A stretch of DNA of 20,000 nucleotides. Source: an uncultured virus (IMG/VR IMGVR_UViG_3300008113_000015) (taxonomy: Duplodnaviria; Heunggongvirae; Uroviricota; Caudoviricetes). Below, in pieces: positions 10,901 through 17,418 of the stretch; the first letter of the stretch is position 1; every line of letters begins with the position of its first letter. Under the pieces are notes generated by a model that saw nothing but the letters and a program-made list of their open reading frames with translations, had not been told where the DNA came from and searched no databases. The stretch spans positions 107,609 through 127,608 of IMG/VR virus record IMGVR_UViG_3300008113_000015. One strand, given 5' to 3'. The translations under genes and the position numbers were made by a program.

Positions 10901-12279
10901 TTAGCAGTAGTTGTAATATTAGCTGCTGAAACTAACGCACTCACAACGTTGCCACTCAAGCTCAAGCCTGCGGCATTTACGTTACCGCCAGTGATATTGG
11001 CTGTGGTTGTGATTGCACTTGTAGTATTGATTGCACTCACAACATTACCACTTAGACTCAACCCTGCGGCATTTACGTTACCGCCAGTGATATTACCAAT
11101 TACTGATACCGTTGATCCGTTGTATGTTCCAGTAATATTAACATTGCCACCAGCAATATTTCCACTTGCTAGCACATAATTAACGTGAAGGTCTCCAGCG
11201 GTTACCAAATTGCCACCGCTGATGTTGCCAGTTGTGATGATGTTAGCTGTATCTGTACCAGAAGCTAGGTAGTTTGCTACATCAGCATTGCCATAGCTTG
11301 AAGCAACGCCTGTTAGGAAAGCACCGTTACCTAAAATGTAATTACCGCTGACGTTGGCACCACTGAGAATGTTACCTGAAGCACTGATTACGCCTGTTAC
11401 ATATTCACCTGTTGCGGCAAATGTAGCAACACTGGTACCAGCCGCACCCACAGTAACGTTGCCCGAAGCGGCTGCTACCACATTGGATGTGCCGGTTGTG
11501 ACATTGCCTTGTAGTGCTACCAAGTTGCCCGTGTATGTGGGCAAGTATGCAGCCACGTTAGCATTTGAATAGTTACCTGCTGGCAAGTTCGTCAGCTGAC
11601 TACCATCACCAAGAATAAATGCACCAGTTACGTTGCCACTTGCACTTACATTGGCAGCAGTAATTGCGCCAGAATATGTGGGCAAATAAGCCGCTACGTT
11701 GGCATTGCTGTAGTTTGCTGAGATACCAGTTAGTTGGCTACCATTACCAAGGAAAAATCCTGCTGTGACGTTGCCTGTGGTTAATATAGGATTTGAACCA
11801 AATGCTGCCAAATTGGCTGCTACGTTGGCGTTACCATATGCAGTGATTGTGCCAGAACCAGACAACACAGTCTGTTGTCCTGACTCATTGGTCATTATGA
11901 TTGAAGTTGCGTTGGCGCTGATTGAAGCATTGCCAAGGAAGATAGTACCATTGGCTAGGAACAAGTCATTGAACGCATTGGTTGCACTACCAATGTTTTT
12001 TAATACGTTGCCAGCAGGCAATAAGTTGCCTGAAATTGTTAAATCTGTGCTGGAGAATACTGCTACGTTTCCTACACCTGCAACTTGAACTGTTACATTG
12101 GCTCCTGATCCACTGATGCTGACATTAGATGATCCATTAGTAATTGCCGCGCCACCGGATGCTACGATACCAGTAAGTGCAGCACCGTTACCAACAAAGT
12201 ATGTGGCCAAAACATTTCCAGCCGATTGGATATTACCCGATGCGCTTATGCCTGTGGTGCCGTCTAGTTGAATTGCCAT
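4906..12279 (-). CDS. Giant Gly/Asn/Thr-rich repeat fibre protein (2457 aa), probable trimeric beta-helical fibre
   Basis: 7.4-kb uninterrupted ORF with an AAAGGA RBS and TAA stop. It carries many 17-aa GN(I/V)TGGN repeats, nine (Y/F)xxG(N/D)GxxLT(G/N) motifs, an internal VEDPIIEM...DRGIDLWY globular module, and ends DAVALSIALG. Confidence 0.9.
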   Translation of the reverse strand: MAIQLDGTTGISASGNIQSAGNVLATYFVGNGAALTGIVASGGAAITNGSSNVSISGSGANVTVQVAGVGNVAVFSSTDLTISGNLLPAGNVLKNIGSATNAFNDLFLANGTIFLGNASISANATSIIMTNESGQQTVLSGSGTITAYGNANVAANLAAFGSNPILTTGNVTAGFFLGNGSQLTGISANYSNANVAAYLPTYSGAITAANVSASGNVTGAFILGDGSQLTNLPAGNYSNANVAAYLPTYTGNLVALQGNVTTGTSNVVAAASGNVTVGAAGTSVATFAATGEYVTGVISASGNILSGANVSGNYILGNGAFLTGVASSYGNADVANYLASGTDTANIITTGNISGGNLVTAGDLHVNYVLASGNIAGGNVNITGTYNGSTVSVIGNITGGNVNAAGLSLSGNVVSAINTTSAITTTANITGGNVNAAGLSLSGNVVSALVSAANITTTANISGNYILGNGSQLTGVNAVTVDVTDTNGLTTIYYPTFVENRTTAQIARADVNLTYRTDDNLLTVGNVSVTGNIDGGNLRTAGQITATGNVTGGNLNATGLSLSGNVVSAINTTSAITTTANITGGNVNTGVVSATGNITTTANIAGGNLSLTGAFSPASVTAVGNVAGGNLTTQGIVSAIGNIVTDAFFVGNFAGNITGNIVVPGANTQVLFNTNGNVDAVGGLTYNKDANTLAVLGIVSAQGNVVGGNVNTVGNISAGNIAATTLVQAATVSASGNVVGGNINTAGLISATGNIVGGNLSGTNIVGTLATAAQTNITSVGTLGSLAVTGNIAGGNISATGIAGTLSTAAQPNITSVGTLTSLGVTGNVTGGNLNAAGLSLSGNVVSALVSAANITTTANIAGGFFIGNGSLLTGLAATYGNANVAANLAAFANNPILTTGNIGGGNFNTGGLVSATGNVTGGNITTAGLITATGNINGGNLNATGLSLSGNVVSAINTTANITTTANITAGNITTSGSLGNITGANVISGVTLSATGNVAAGNLNAAGLSLSGNVVSALVSAANITTTANIAGSFFIGNGSLLTGISGGGTPTSIVNGTSNVVAAASGNVTVGVAGSGVATFAATGLSITGTGSFTGNVTTGNVTGTFVTGTLTTASQTNITAVGTLGSLNVTGNVTGGNISTGGLITATGNINGANITTGGVVTATGNVRGGNINTDGVLSSTGGVNTIGNITGGNLNTSGLITATGNITGGNVNTGALSLSGNVLSAINSTSAITTTANITGGNINTTGLAASGNVSATGTVTAAALSSTGNVQAGIYFGTGLSLSGNVISPLNVTGNVTAPFYLGNGSQLTGVVATSIGTLPSLSVTGNVDAGNINLTGLVNATGAISTASSVSAATITTTGNVVIGGDLAVNGNISYVNVSTLAVEDPIIEMGRGPNGTPLVTNDGKDRGIDLWYFSGAEKQAFVGYDNLNSKMFAATDVSIANEVVTVNSFGTFKVGTLESNVVTASQSISATGNVTGGNILTGGFVQATGNIVSSANISGGNVIATSGAFSGNVAAANVNATGVFSTTVDATGNVTGGNIVSSGLATINGNVTGGNLITGGLITATGAIQATGNVTGGNLITGGLITATGTIQATGNITGGNLNATGLSISGNVVSALNVTGTITAGTVNSAGAASAVGNVTGGNINTTGLVSAQGSVTAAGNVTGGNITTLGQVSAFGNITGGNLEGVSIVGTLTTASQTNITAVGTLGSLAVTGNVTGGNLNAAGLSLSGNVVSAINTTANITTTANVAVGNAIITGAVQAATLSLSGNVTTALNATGNITAPFFIGNGSQLTGVIATGVGTLTNLTVTANTSTGNLSASGIAEITGNVIGGNLITGGLVTSTGNVNTSAGVQATGNITGGNVATGGLVTATGNVNTSAGVQATGNVTGGNINTSGLITATGNVTSGNVNTGIVSASGNVTGSNINTGGLVTATGNIQGANVNTGGLVSATGNIIGANLNTTGHVSAVGNITTLGNVAAGNVSLSGGFFATGEIYGNGNIVAVNFVNTNNLSATGNVTVNGGFSVTGNSAVIADFTSGNLISLGYMSAAGNLLGANVITNGYVTATGNVTSLSNVTGANIGTSGLITATGNITGGNLRTGGLISATGNITGGNLIGTLILSGSSNTQIIYNDNGSALGSAGLVFNKVGNVFTVGGPISTANGGNITADGAITAAGNIVTSSGNIAGGNLITSGLISASGTVTGGNLFTGGDISASGNITGLDLTIRNTDATGYVSATGNVLGANFITNGQVTAGGNVTGGNLRTGGLISATGNITGGNLISSTLSLTGNVLGNLGVDGSVTAASLVGGNISATGNIIGGNISITGSGNIVTLTATTAQVTGNITGGNLLTAGLVSVTGNITGGNVIGLALVQGVTVSATGNVVAGNVTTVGLVTATGNITGGNINTGGRISATGNIVGGNVAVSGVININGQPVATVDDAVALSIALG
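7465..7610. repeat. 69-nt-period (23-aa) near-identical tandem duplication, GNVTGGNLITGGLITATGxIQAT
   Basis: cctgtggctgtaatcaacccgccagtgatcaaattgccacc is identical at 7490 and 7559. Confidence 0.8.
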
Positions 12280-12300
12280 TTATTCAGTCCTTTAATCTTA

Positions 12301-12306
12301 TATTTA
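12301..12306 (-). promoter_or_regulatory. Putative late promoter core TAAATA for the 2457-aa gene
   Basis: The minus strand reads CATAAATA, overlapping the upstream stop and ending 21 nt before the ATG. It resembles the T4 gp55 late promoter TATAAATA and recurs before other genes here. Confidence 0.6.
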
Positions 12307-12921
12307 TGGTACCACATTGAATGTCGATGAGCTGGGTACAGTAATAGACAATCCGCTAGGGATTGTCAAGGGGCTTACCATCATTGCAGATACATTGGCC
12401 TGTACTGTAATGTTAGCTGAAAGTGTACGAGGAGTTGCGATTACACCGTTGACAAACAATGATGTTTGACTCACAGTGACTACATTGCCTGTGCCAGAAA
12501 TGCCAATGGTCACATTGCCGTTGGCCGTGCCAATAGACACATTGGAGGTACCGTTTACAATGGCCTGACCGTTGCCAGACCCGCCAGAAATACCAGTTAG
12601 CAAACTACCGTTACCAACAAAATAACCAGCATAGATTGTGTCAAATCGCAAACTGTTGCTGCCAATATCATGCACATTGCTGATATTAGGTAGTATACTG
12701 GCGTTGGCTTGTATTACACCAATGCCATTGGGTTTGAGAACAATGTTGGTATTTGTAGTAGTGGTTGTGATGGTGTTGTTGGCAATTTGTATATTGCTAC
12801 CAACCGGTCCAGCTGTATAAATTTCAGTGAAATTACTATTGACCGCTTCAAACGCATTGCGCAACGGTTCGCCAGTGCCATCGTTAGCATTTGCACCAAT
12901 ATCGATTATCTGTTGAGACAT
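12304..12921 (-). CDS. Baseplate or fibre-attachment protein with a T4 gp9/gp10-like N-terminal motif (205 aa)
   Basis: The N-terminus QIIDIGANANDGTGEPLRNAFEAVNSNFTEIY matches the GxxxNDGTGDxLRxAFxKxNxNFxELY motif. It also has a YFVGNGSLLTG motif and a C-terminal SAMMVSPLTIPSGLSITVPSSSTFNVV module. Confidence 0.8.
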   Translation of the reverse strand: MSQQIIDIGANANDGTGEPLRNAFEAVNSNFTEIYTAGPVGSNIQIANNTITTTTTNTNIVLKPNGIGVIQANASILPNISNVHDIGSNSLRFDTIYAGYFVGNGSLLTGISGGSGNGQAIVNGTSNVSIGTANGNVTIGISGTGNVVTVSQTSLFVNGVIATPRTLSANITVQANVSAMMVSPLTIPSGLSITVPSSSTFNVVP

Positions 12922-12933
12922 TACAATCCAAGT

Positions 12934-12957
12934 CCTTTGGTTGTATTTACCAAAAGG
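12934..12957 (-). promoter_or_regulatory. Late promoter core TAAATA (12944-12949) in the loop of a hairpin that pairs the RBS
   Basis: The minus strand reads CCTTTTGGT-AAATACA-ACCAAAGG, giving 8 bp with one bulge. The 3' arm includes the AAAGG of the RBS. Confidence 0.6.
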
Positions 12958-12977
12958 TTTAGACTGCTGTTTTGTGG

Positions 12978-13003
12978 AAAACTGCGTTAGTAATACCGCA
13001 GTT
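12978..13003 (-). terminator. Probable intrinsic terminator after the 958-aa fibre gene
   Basis: The minus strand reads AACTGCG-GTATTACTAA-CGCAGTT-TT, starting 12 nt after the stop. The U tract is short. Confidence 0.5.
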
Positions 13004-13015
13004 GGCGTTTTTTAA

Positions 13016-15892
13016 TTAGATTCTGCCCACTACCACTTCAATGGTGCCTTGATCACCGTCAAAGTTTTCCAGGGCTTTGCCTATCACTGCGCCTACTGAC
13101 GGATTGTCACAGGCCTGTGCTCGGCCGTTGCCTGCGCTGACCATCATGTCACCTTTGGCAACAGGGCCTTGTACCAAACAAGGCACACGACCTTGCAGCG
13201 CAACCACAGCAGTGTGCTCTGCTTCCAGTCCGGCATTCATGAGATAGCTGGGTTTGGCAGAAACTACTCCGGCTATTCTGCGATCGTTAGCAGTTGTGCT
13301 TGCTGTGACTTCAGCTGTGCCGCCAAAGCTGACCACTGTGCCCGGCAGATAGAACTGATCTGCTGTGTACTTTTCTGCCAAGTCAGCGTACAGTGCTGTG
13401 GTTGCTGTGGCAAAAACTTGGTTGAAATAACTTGAGGCACTACCAATGTTGCCCACAGCATTGGTACCTGTGTGAGTGATACTGTTGACACTCAGGATAC
13501 CTGCGGTGCCGCTGGTTATTAGGTTGCCGCTGGTGATGTTGGCAGTGACAGTTAAACTGCTCAATGTGCCTACGCTGGTGATGTTGTTTTGTGCTGCTGT
13601 TGCGATGGTACCTAATAAATTACCACCCGAAATGTTTGCGGTTGTAGTGATATTGGCTGCGGTATTGATTGCGCTGACCACGTTGCCACTCAAACTCAAT
13701 CCGGTAGCTTGTAGATTGCCGCCTATCAAATTACCAGTGGCTGATACTAGCCCGCCTGTGTTGATGTTGCCCCCAGTGACGTTGCCACTGACAGAAATAG
13801 ATGAACCAGTGATTGCAGAGCCAACAATGGTGCCAATTAAGTTGCCCCCAGTGATGTTACCAGTTCCGCTAACAGAACCAGACCCAAACGCAACACTTCC
13901 TACATGCGTACCTAATAAATTACCACCTGAAATATTTGCAGTTGTAGTGATATTGGCTGCGGTATTGATTGCACTGACCACGTTGCCGCTCAAACTCAAT
14001 CCAGTGGCTTGTAGATTACCACCTATCAAATTACCAGTGGCCGATACCAATCCACCTGTGGTGATATTGCCGCCGCGCACGTTGCCAACTGCTGATACTA
14101 GCCCGCCAGTGTTGACATTTCCACCAGAGATATTACCAGTGGCTGTAACTAACCCTGCTGTGCTCAAGTTGCCAACTGTGGCATTTCCAACAACAATCAC
14201 AGATGTTAAGTTGCCTACCGATGTAATGTTGGCCTGGGCTGCATTGGTCACTGTGGCTGCGGTACCTGACACGTTGCCTGTGACGTTAATGGTGTAACTT
14301 CCACTCAAACGATCTGAACTTACAGTTCCTGATGTTAGTGCGTTGGCATTGATGTTATTGGTCAACAACGTACCAATATTAGCTGTACCAGTTACAAGAA
14401 TGTTGGCTGCGTTTACATTGCCAGTGACACTGACGTTAGCAGAAGCATTTACGTTGGCAGCAGAAACGTTGCCAGTGACACTTACCGCTCCAATGAAATT
14501 TGCGCCGCCTGGCCATAACACCATAATGTTACCAATAGCGTTGACAGTGGCAAAAATGTTTCCATTAGGACTAGATACTGCCAAAAGTGTTGTACCGCTA
14601 GAGATTTGGCTGACTGCAAGATTAGATACCGCAGTTACGTTTGACAAGAACCCGCCGTCGCCGATGAAGAAGGCACCGCCTTGAGCAGTAATATTTCCAA
14701 CTGAATAAACTTGTCCAGCAGAATAAACTGCGCCAGCGTTGACGTTGCCTGTGGCAGATACTAGACCACCAGTGACTAGATTAGCGCCAGTGACGTTGCC
14801 TGTGGCTGTGACGTTGCCTGTGGCTGTGAGCATGCCAGTGCTGACCACATTTCCAGCATTTATATTATTGGCAATCACGTTGCCTTGTGCAGTGACAATG
14901 CCTTGAGTAATTAAATTTGTGCCAGTGATATTGCCTACGGCAGTGATTTGAGCATCACTGACTATGTTACCGCCTCGAACGTTGCCTGTGGCCAGTATAC
15001 CCCCTGCACCTGCGGTGATTGATCCTGCGGTAATAAGGTTACCACCATTGATATTACCTGTAACAGTAACTAGTCCGGCAGTGACAAGGTTGCCGCCAGT
15101 GATATTACCTGTAGAGGTTATCAATCCTGCGGTAATTATATTTCCGCCTGTTAGGTTGCCAACTGCTTGTAGTGTGCTACTAAAATAACCCGTGCCAGTA
15201 ACACCAAATGTTGTAGTAGGTTCTGCATTAGCAATACCAACATTGCCATTTGGTAAAACAGTTACCACCACAGATGGAGTAACGGTCGTTCCTGTTAAAA
15301 TTTCTAGTTTAGCGTTTCCTGTTGCATCAGTATATGTTGAACGTAACGCCGTGGCTACACGAGCACCTGGAGTAGTAACGTCAGCAGTAAACCATTCAAT
15401 TGCACCTACTACTGTGTTGGCCGTAGCTGTAGTATCTGTGTCCTGGAATCTCATAGTGGGCTGAGCTGCGCTGGCGTCTCGTTGAATTGTAATATTGCCC
15501 AAAGAAACTACGTTGCCGCTGCGAACGTTGCCGGTAGCACTAACAAGCCCGCCGGTGTTGATGTTTGCTCCAGTGACGTTACCTGTAGCCGATAACACTC
15601 CACTAATGAAAGCACCAGTATTAGCAAAAACAGCCACGTTGCTGGTGCCGTAAACACCAATGGTCACATTACCGCCTAGCCCCGACGATAATACTTGAAC
15701 GTTGGAGTTACCTGAGAAAATTTGACTTACTGAAAGATTACCAGTTAAACTGGTATTTCCAGTAACAGTTAAATTGCCATCGACTACAACGTCAGCTTGT
15801 GCATTTCCTAGACCGCTAGAAAGGGTAATGCTGTCCCCTACTCCCAGCGTTTGAATGGTGTAGTCACCGTTGACAATTTTATAAGTGGCCAT
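13016..15892 (-). CDS. Tail-fibre-like repeat protein with an intact C-terminal intramolecular chaperone / autocleavage (peptidase G2-like) domain (958 aa)
   Basis: GN-rich 17-aa repeats, then YADLAEKY...PGTVVSFGG...IAGVVSAKPSYLMN...VALQGRVP...KGDMMVS...VIGKALENF...IEVVVGRI. The AD(L/Y)AE motif is as in the phi29 gp12-type chaperone. AAAGGA RBS. Confidence 0.88.
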   Translation of the reverse strand: MATYKIVNGDYTIQTLGVGDSITLSSGLGNAQADVVVDGNLTVTGNTSLTGNLSVSQIFSGNSNVQVLSSGLGGNVTIGVYGTSNVAVFANTGAFISGVLSATGNVTGANINTGGLVSATGNVRSGNVVSLGNITIQRDASAAQPTMRFQDTDTTATANTVVGAIEWFTADVTTPGARVATALRSTYTDATGNAKLEILTGTTVTPSVVVTVLPNGNVGIANAEPTTTFGVTGTGYFSSTLQAVGNLTGGNIITAGLITSTGNITGGNLVTAGLVTVTGNINGGNLITAGSITAGAGGILATGNVRGGNIVSDAQITAVGNITGTNLITQGIVTAQGNVIANNINAGNVVSTGMLTATGNVTATGNVTGANLVTGGLVSATGNVNAGAVYSAGQVYSVGNITAQGGAFFIGDGGFLSNVTAVSNLAVSQISSGTTLLAVSSPNGNIFATVNAIGNIMVLWPGGANFIGAVSVTGNVSAANVNASANVSVTGNVNAANILVTGTANIGTLLTNNINANALTSGTVSSDRLSGSYTINVTGNVSGTAATVTNAAQANITSVGNLTSVIVVGNATVGNLSTAGLVTATGNISGGNVNTGGLVSAVGNVRGGNITTGGLVSATGNLIGGNLQATGLSLSGNVVSAINTAANITTTANISGGNLLGTHVGSVAFGSGSVSGTGNITGGNLIGTIVGSAITGSSISVSGNVTGGNINTGGLVSATGNLIGGNLQATGLSLSGNVVSAINTAANITTTANISGGNLLGTIATAAQNNITSVGTLSSLTVTANITSGNLITSGTAGILSVNSITHTGTNAVGNIGSASSYFNQVFATATTALYADLAEKYTADQFYLPGTVVSFGGTAEVTASTTANDRRIAGVVSAKPSYLMNAGLEAEHTAVVALQGRVPCLVQGPVAKGDMMVSAGNGRAQACDNPSVGAVIGKALENFDGDQGTIEVVVGRI
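13608..14060. repeat. About 150-nt direct repeat at 300-nt spacing, encoding an identical 50-aa block
   Basis: GGLVSATGNLIGGNLQATGLSLSGNVVSAINTAANITTTANISGGNLLGT occurs twice (about 13608-13760 and 13908-14060), with only synonymous differences. Confidence 0.85.
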
Positions 15893-16477
15893 TTACAGAT
15901 CCTTTGTGTTATTTATTCTGTTCAAGAACTCTGTCATTGGCATGGTTGTGTAGTTAGTGACACTTTCAAATTCTTTCACGTGCACAGTGGTATCGCCTAT
16001 GACCCTTACAAACGGTGTTTTAGCGTGATCGCGCATGACCGTGGCCAGTTGTCTAGCCCAGTTGCCAGTATAGGTGGGCACAGCAGAACTTTTTTTGTAA
16101 AATTCTGAATCAGCATACACATTGTTGAATTTATTGTTTACAGGACCCATATCAAAGCCCACAAGATAGACAATTTTAGCTCGATCAAAGCAGGCAATGC
16201 TGGCAGCAATAGGACCCGAACTGAAGCCATAGTACTTTTGCGGCACACTCAACGCTCCTAGATTTGCTATTGGCCGCCGGGTATAAAATCTATGATTTTT
16301 AGCATAGCCTTCGGTTTGTATTCTTTCGCTAATAGGACGGTCAGTGCTGACTAGTACTGTGGGCACAAAGTCCCTATAGAGAGCGTTGCAGCCATAGATA
16401 TTGCCCATGTGACGCAGGTTGTTGAGATCTACCTGCTGTCTACTTACTCCATTACCTAATACAAATGCTGCGGTCAT
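15893..16477 (-). CDS. Putative Maf/DUF115/sialyltransferase-like Rossmann-fold glycosyltransferase (194 aa)
   Basis: Motifs AFVLGNGVSR, IYGCNALYRDFVPTVLVSTD, FSSGPIAASIA and IVYLVGFDM follow the GNGxS / GxN / SSG / YLxGFD pattern of Cst-II/Maf-like nucleotide-sugar transferases. Strong AGGAGG RBS. The ORF is certain, but the function is inferred. Confidence 0.65.
   Translation of the reverse strand: MTAAFVLGNGVSRQQVDLNNLRHMGNIYGCNALYRDFVPTVLVSTDRPISERIQTEGYAKNHRFYTRRPIANLGALSVPQKYYGFSSGPIAASIACFDRAKIVYLVGFDMGPVNNKFNNVYADSEFYKKSSAVPTYTGNWARQLATVMRDHAKTPFVRVIGDTTVHVKEFESVTNYTTMPMTEFLNRINNTKDL
15910..15915 (-). promoter_or_regulatory. Putative late promoter core TAAATA for the 958-aa fibre, inside the upstream CDS
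   Basis: The minus strand reads AATAAATA-ACACAAAGGATCTGTAAATG. Confidence 0.55.
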
Positions 16478-16509
16478 AAAAAATCCTCCTAGTAGTTATC
16501 TAGGAGGAT
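16478..16509 (-). promoter_or_regulatory. Perfect 10-bp hairpin that sequesters the AGGAGG RBS, carries TAACTA in its loop and is followed by a U tract (terminator-like)
   Basis: The minus strand reads ATCCTCCTAG-ATAACTA-CTAGGAGGAT-TTTTT-ATG. Confidence 0.75.
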
Positions 16510-16526
16510 CCTGGAGTTACACCAAA

Positions 16527-17279
16527 TTAGGAGGTAACGTTGTCTACCAAAGCCAGATTGACAGTGGTTTGAGCAGTACCAGACTTGATTACTGTGCCTT
16601 CGTCTGTGAAGAAGTTGGCAACGTAACGAACATCGTTAGTAACTTCAGATTGAGTAAATCCTGAACCGCCAGTGAAGTCCAACAAGAATTTGTTGGTTAG
16701 CTTGCTGATTGGGGTAGCAGTAGAGTCACCTGTGGCTTCTGTGAATGTAATGCACATTAGACCAGCTGCTGGTGTTGTGTCATTGTCCAGTACACAGACC
16801 CCAACACTGTAGGCAGAACCATTGCCGCCACCGTCGGCACCAGTTGCTGTGAAAATTCCGCCTACTGCAAGGTCAGCTTCTGCACCAATTGATTGCCAAT
16901 TGGTGGTGCCTAACGCAGCAACTTGATATGCTTGTCCAACCACAAAACTGCCGTCGTTAACGCCTGTGACATCGCCAACTAGATATTTGCGGGAACCTTT
17001 CTGACGAATGACGTAGCCTTGAGCTACACCTATACCTGAGCCCGAAGGATCAGCAATGTTAACAATTACATCAACACGAGGAAATGTAGCACTAGGGGTG
17101 TCTGTAGGTGTTGCTCCGCCGACCACGCCCAAGAATTGGGTAGAATTCAGTGTGTCGGATGAATTGACCACAGGATTGGTCAGGCTTGCGAAATTTGGAA
17201 AACCAAGGTCAACACTGACGCTAGCGCCGCCGTTGCCTGAACCAGTGGAAATTTTTTGTATTTTTAGAGGACGTCCCAT
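16527..17279 (-). CDS. Probable virion structural protein (250 aa, MGRPLK start)
   Basis: Strong TAAGGAG RBS and a perfect TATAAATA upstream. The protein is Gly/Thr-rich with a GYVIRQKGSRKYLV motif and a GSFVVGQAYQVAALGTTNW...FTATG module. Function not identifiable. Confidence 0.8.
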   Translation of the reverse strand: MGRPLKIQKISTGSGNGGASVSVDLGFPNFASLTNPVVNSSDTLNSTQFLGVVGGATPTDTPSATFPRVDVIVNIADPSGSGIGVAQGYVIRQKGSRKYLVGDVTGVNDGSFVVGQAYQVAALGTTNWQSIGAEADLAVGGIFTATGADGGGNGSAYSVGVCVLDNDTTPAAGLMCITFTEATGDSTATPISKLTNKFLLDFTGGSGFTQSEVTNDVRYVANFFTDEGTVIKSGTAQTTVNLALVDNVTS

Positions 17280-17365
17280 TTGTTTTCTCCTTAAAGAAGT
17301 CCGATGTGGGTTCTAGCCACTACGCGGTGGGTTTAAAGTACCGCATAAAACACCGTATTGTGTTG
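17280..17365 (-). ncRNA. Candidate structured cis-regulatory 5' leader
   Basis: Stems UAUGCGGU/ACCGCGUA, GUGG/CCAC (loop CUAGAAC) and CGGU/AUCG lie between the late promoter and the RBS. No known family recognised. Confidence 0.4.
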
Positions 17366-17370
17366 ACAAG

Positions 17371-17378
17371 TATTTATA
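17371..17378 (-). promoter_or_regulatory. T4-type late promoter TATAAATA
   Basis: Exact consensus on the minus strand (plus strand tatttata), intergenic, 91 nt upstream of the ATG at 17279. Confidence 0.8.
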
Positions 17379-17407
17379 GAAATAGCAGATATACCTCAAG
17401 TTGCCAT

Positions 17408-17413
17408 TAAATA
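17408..17413 (+). promoter_or_regulatory. Putative late promoter core TAAATA for the TPR-glycosyltransferase
   Basis: Reads ATTAAATA-TCCAC-ATG, 5 nt from the ATG at 17419, with no Shine-Dalgarno sequence. Confidence 0.55.
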
Positions 17414-17418
17414 TCCAC

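Noticed and set aside
850..13400. Diversity-generating retroelement, with the similar 3' ends of two fibre genes as template and variable repeats
   Set aside because: The differences are ordinary paralogue divergence at all bases rather than adenine-specific, both copies are coding, and the window has no reverse transcriptase.
1122..15464. Many long plus-strand ORFs rich in Leu/Pro/Val (e.g. 8456..9961, 501 aa)
   Set aside because: These are antisense shadows of the Gly/Asn/Thr repeat genes (GGN AAY read backwards gives LP/PP/PV). They have no RBS or independent motifs.
17363..17395. Sigma70 promoter from TTGACA at 17363
   Set aside because: There is no acceptable -10 hexamer at 16-18 nt spacing.
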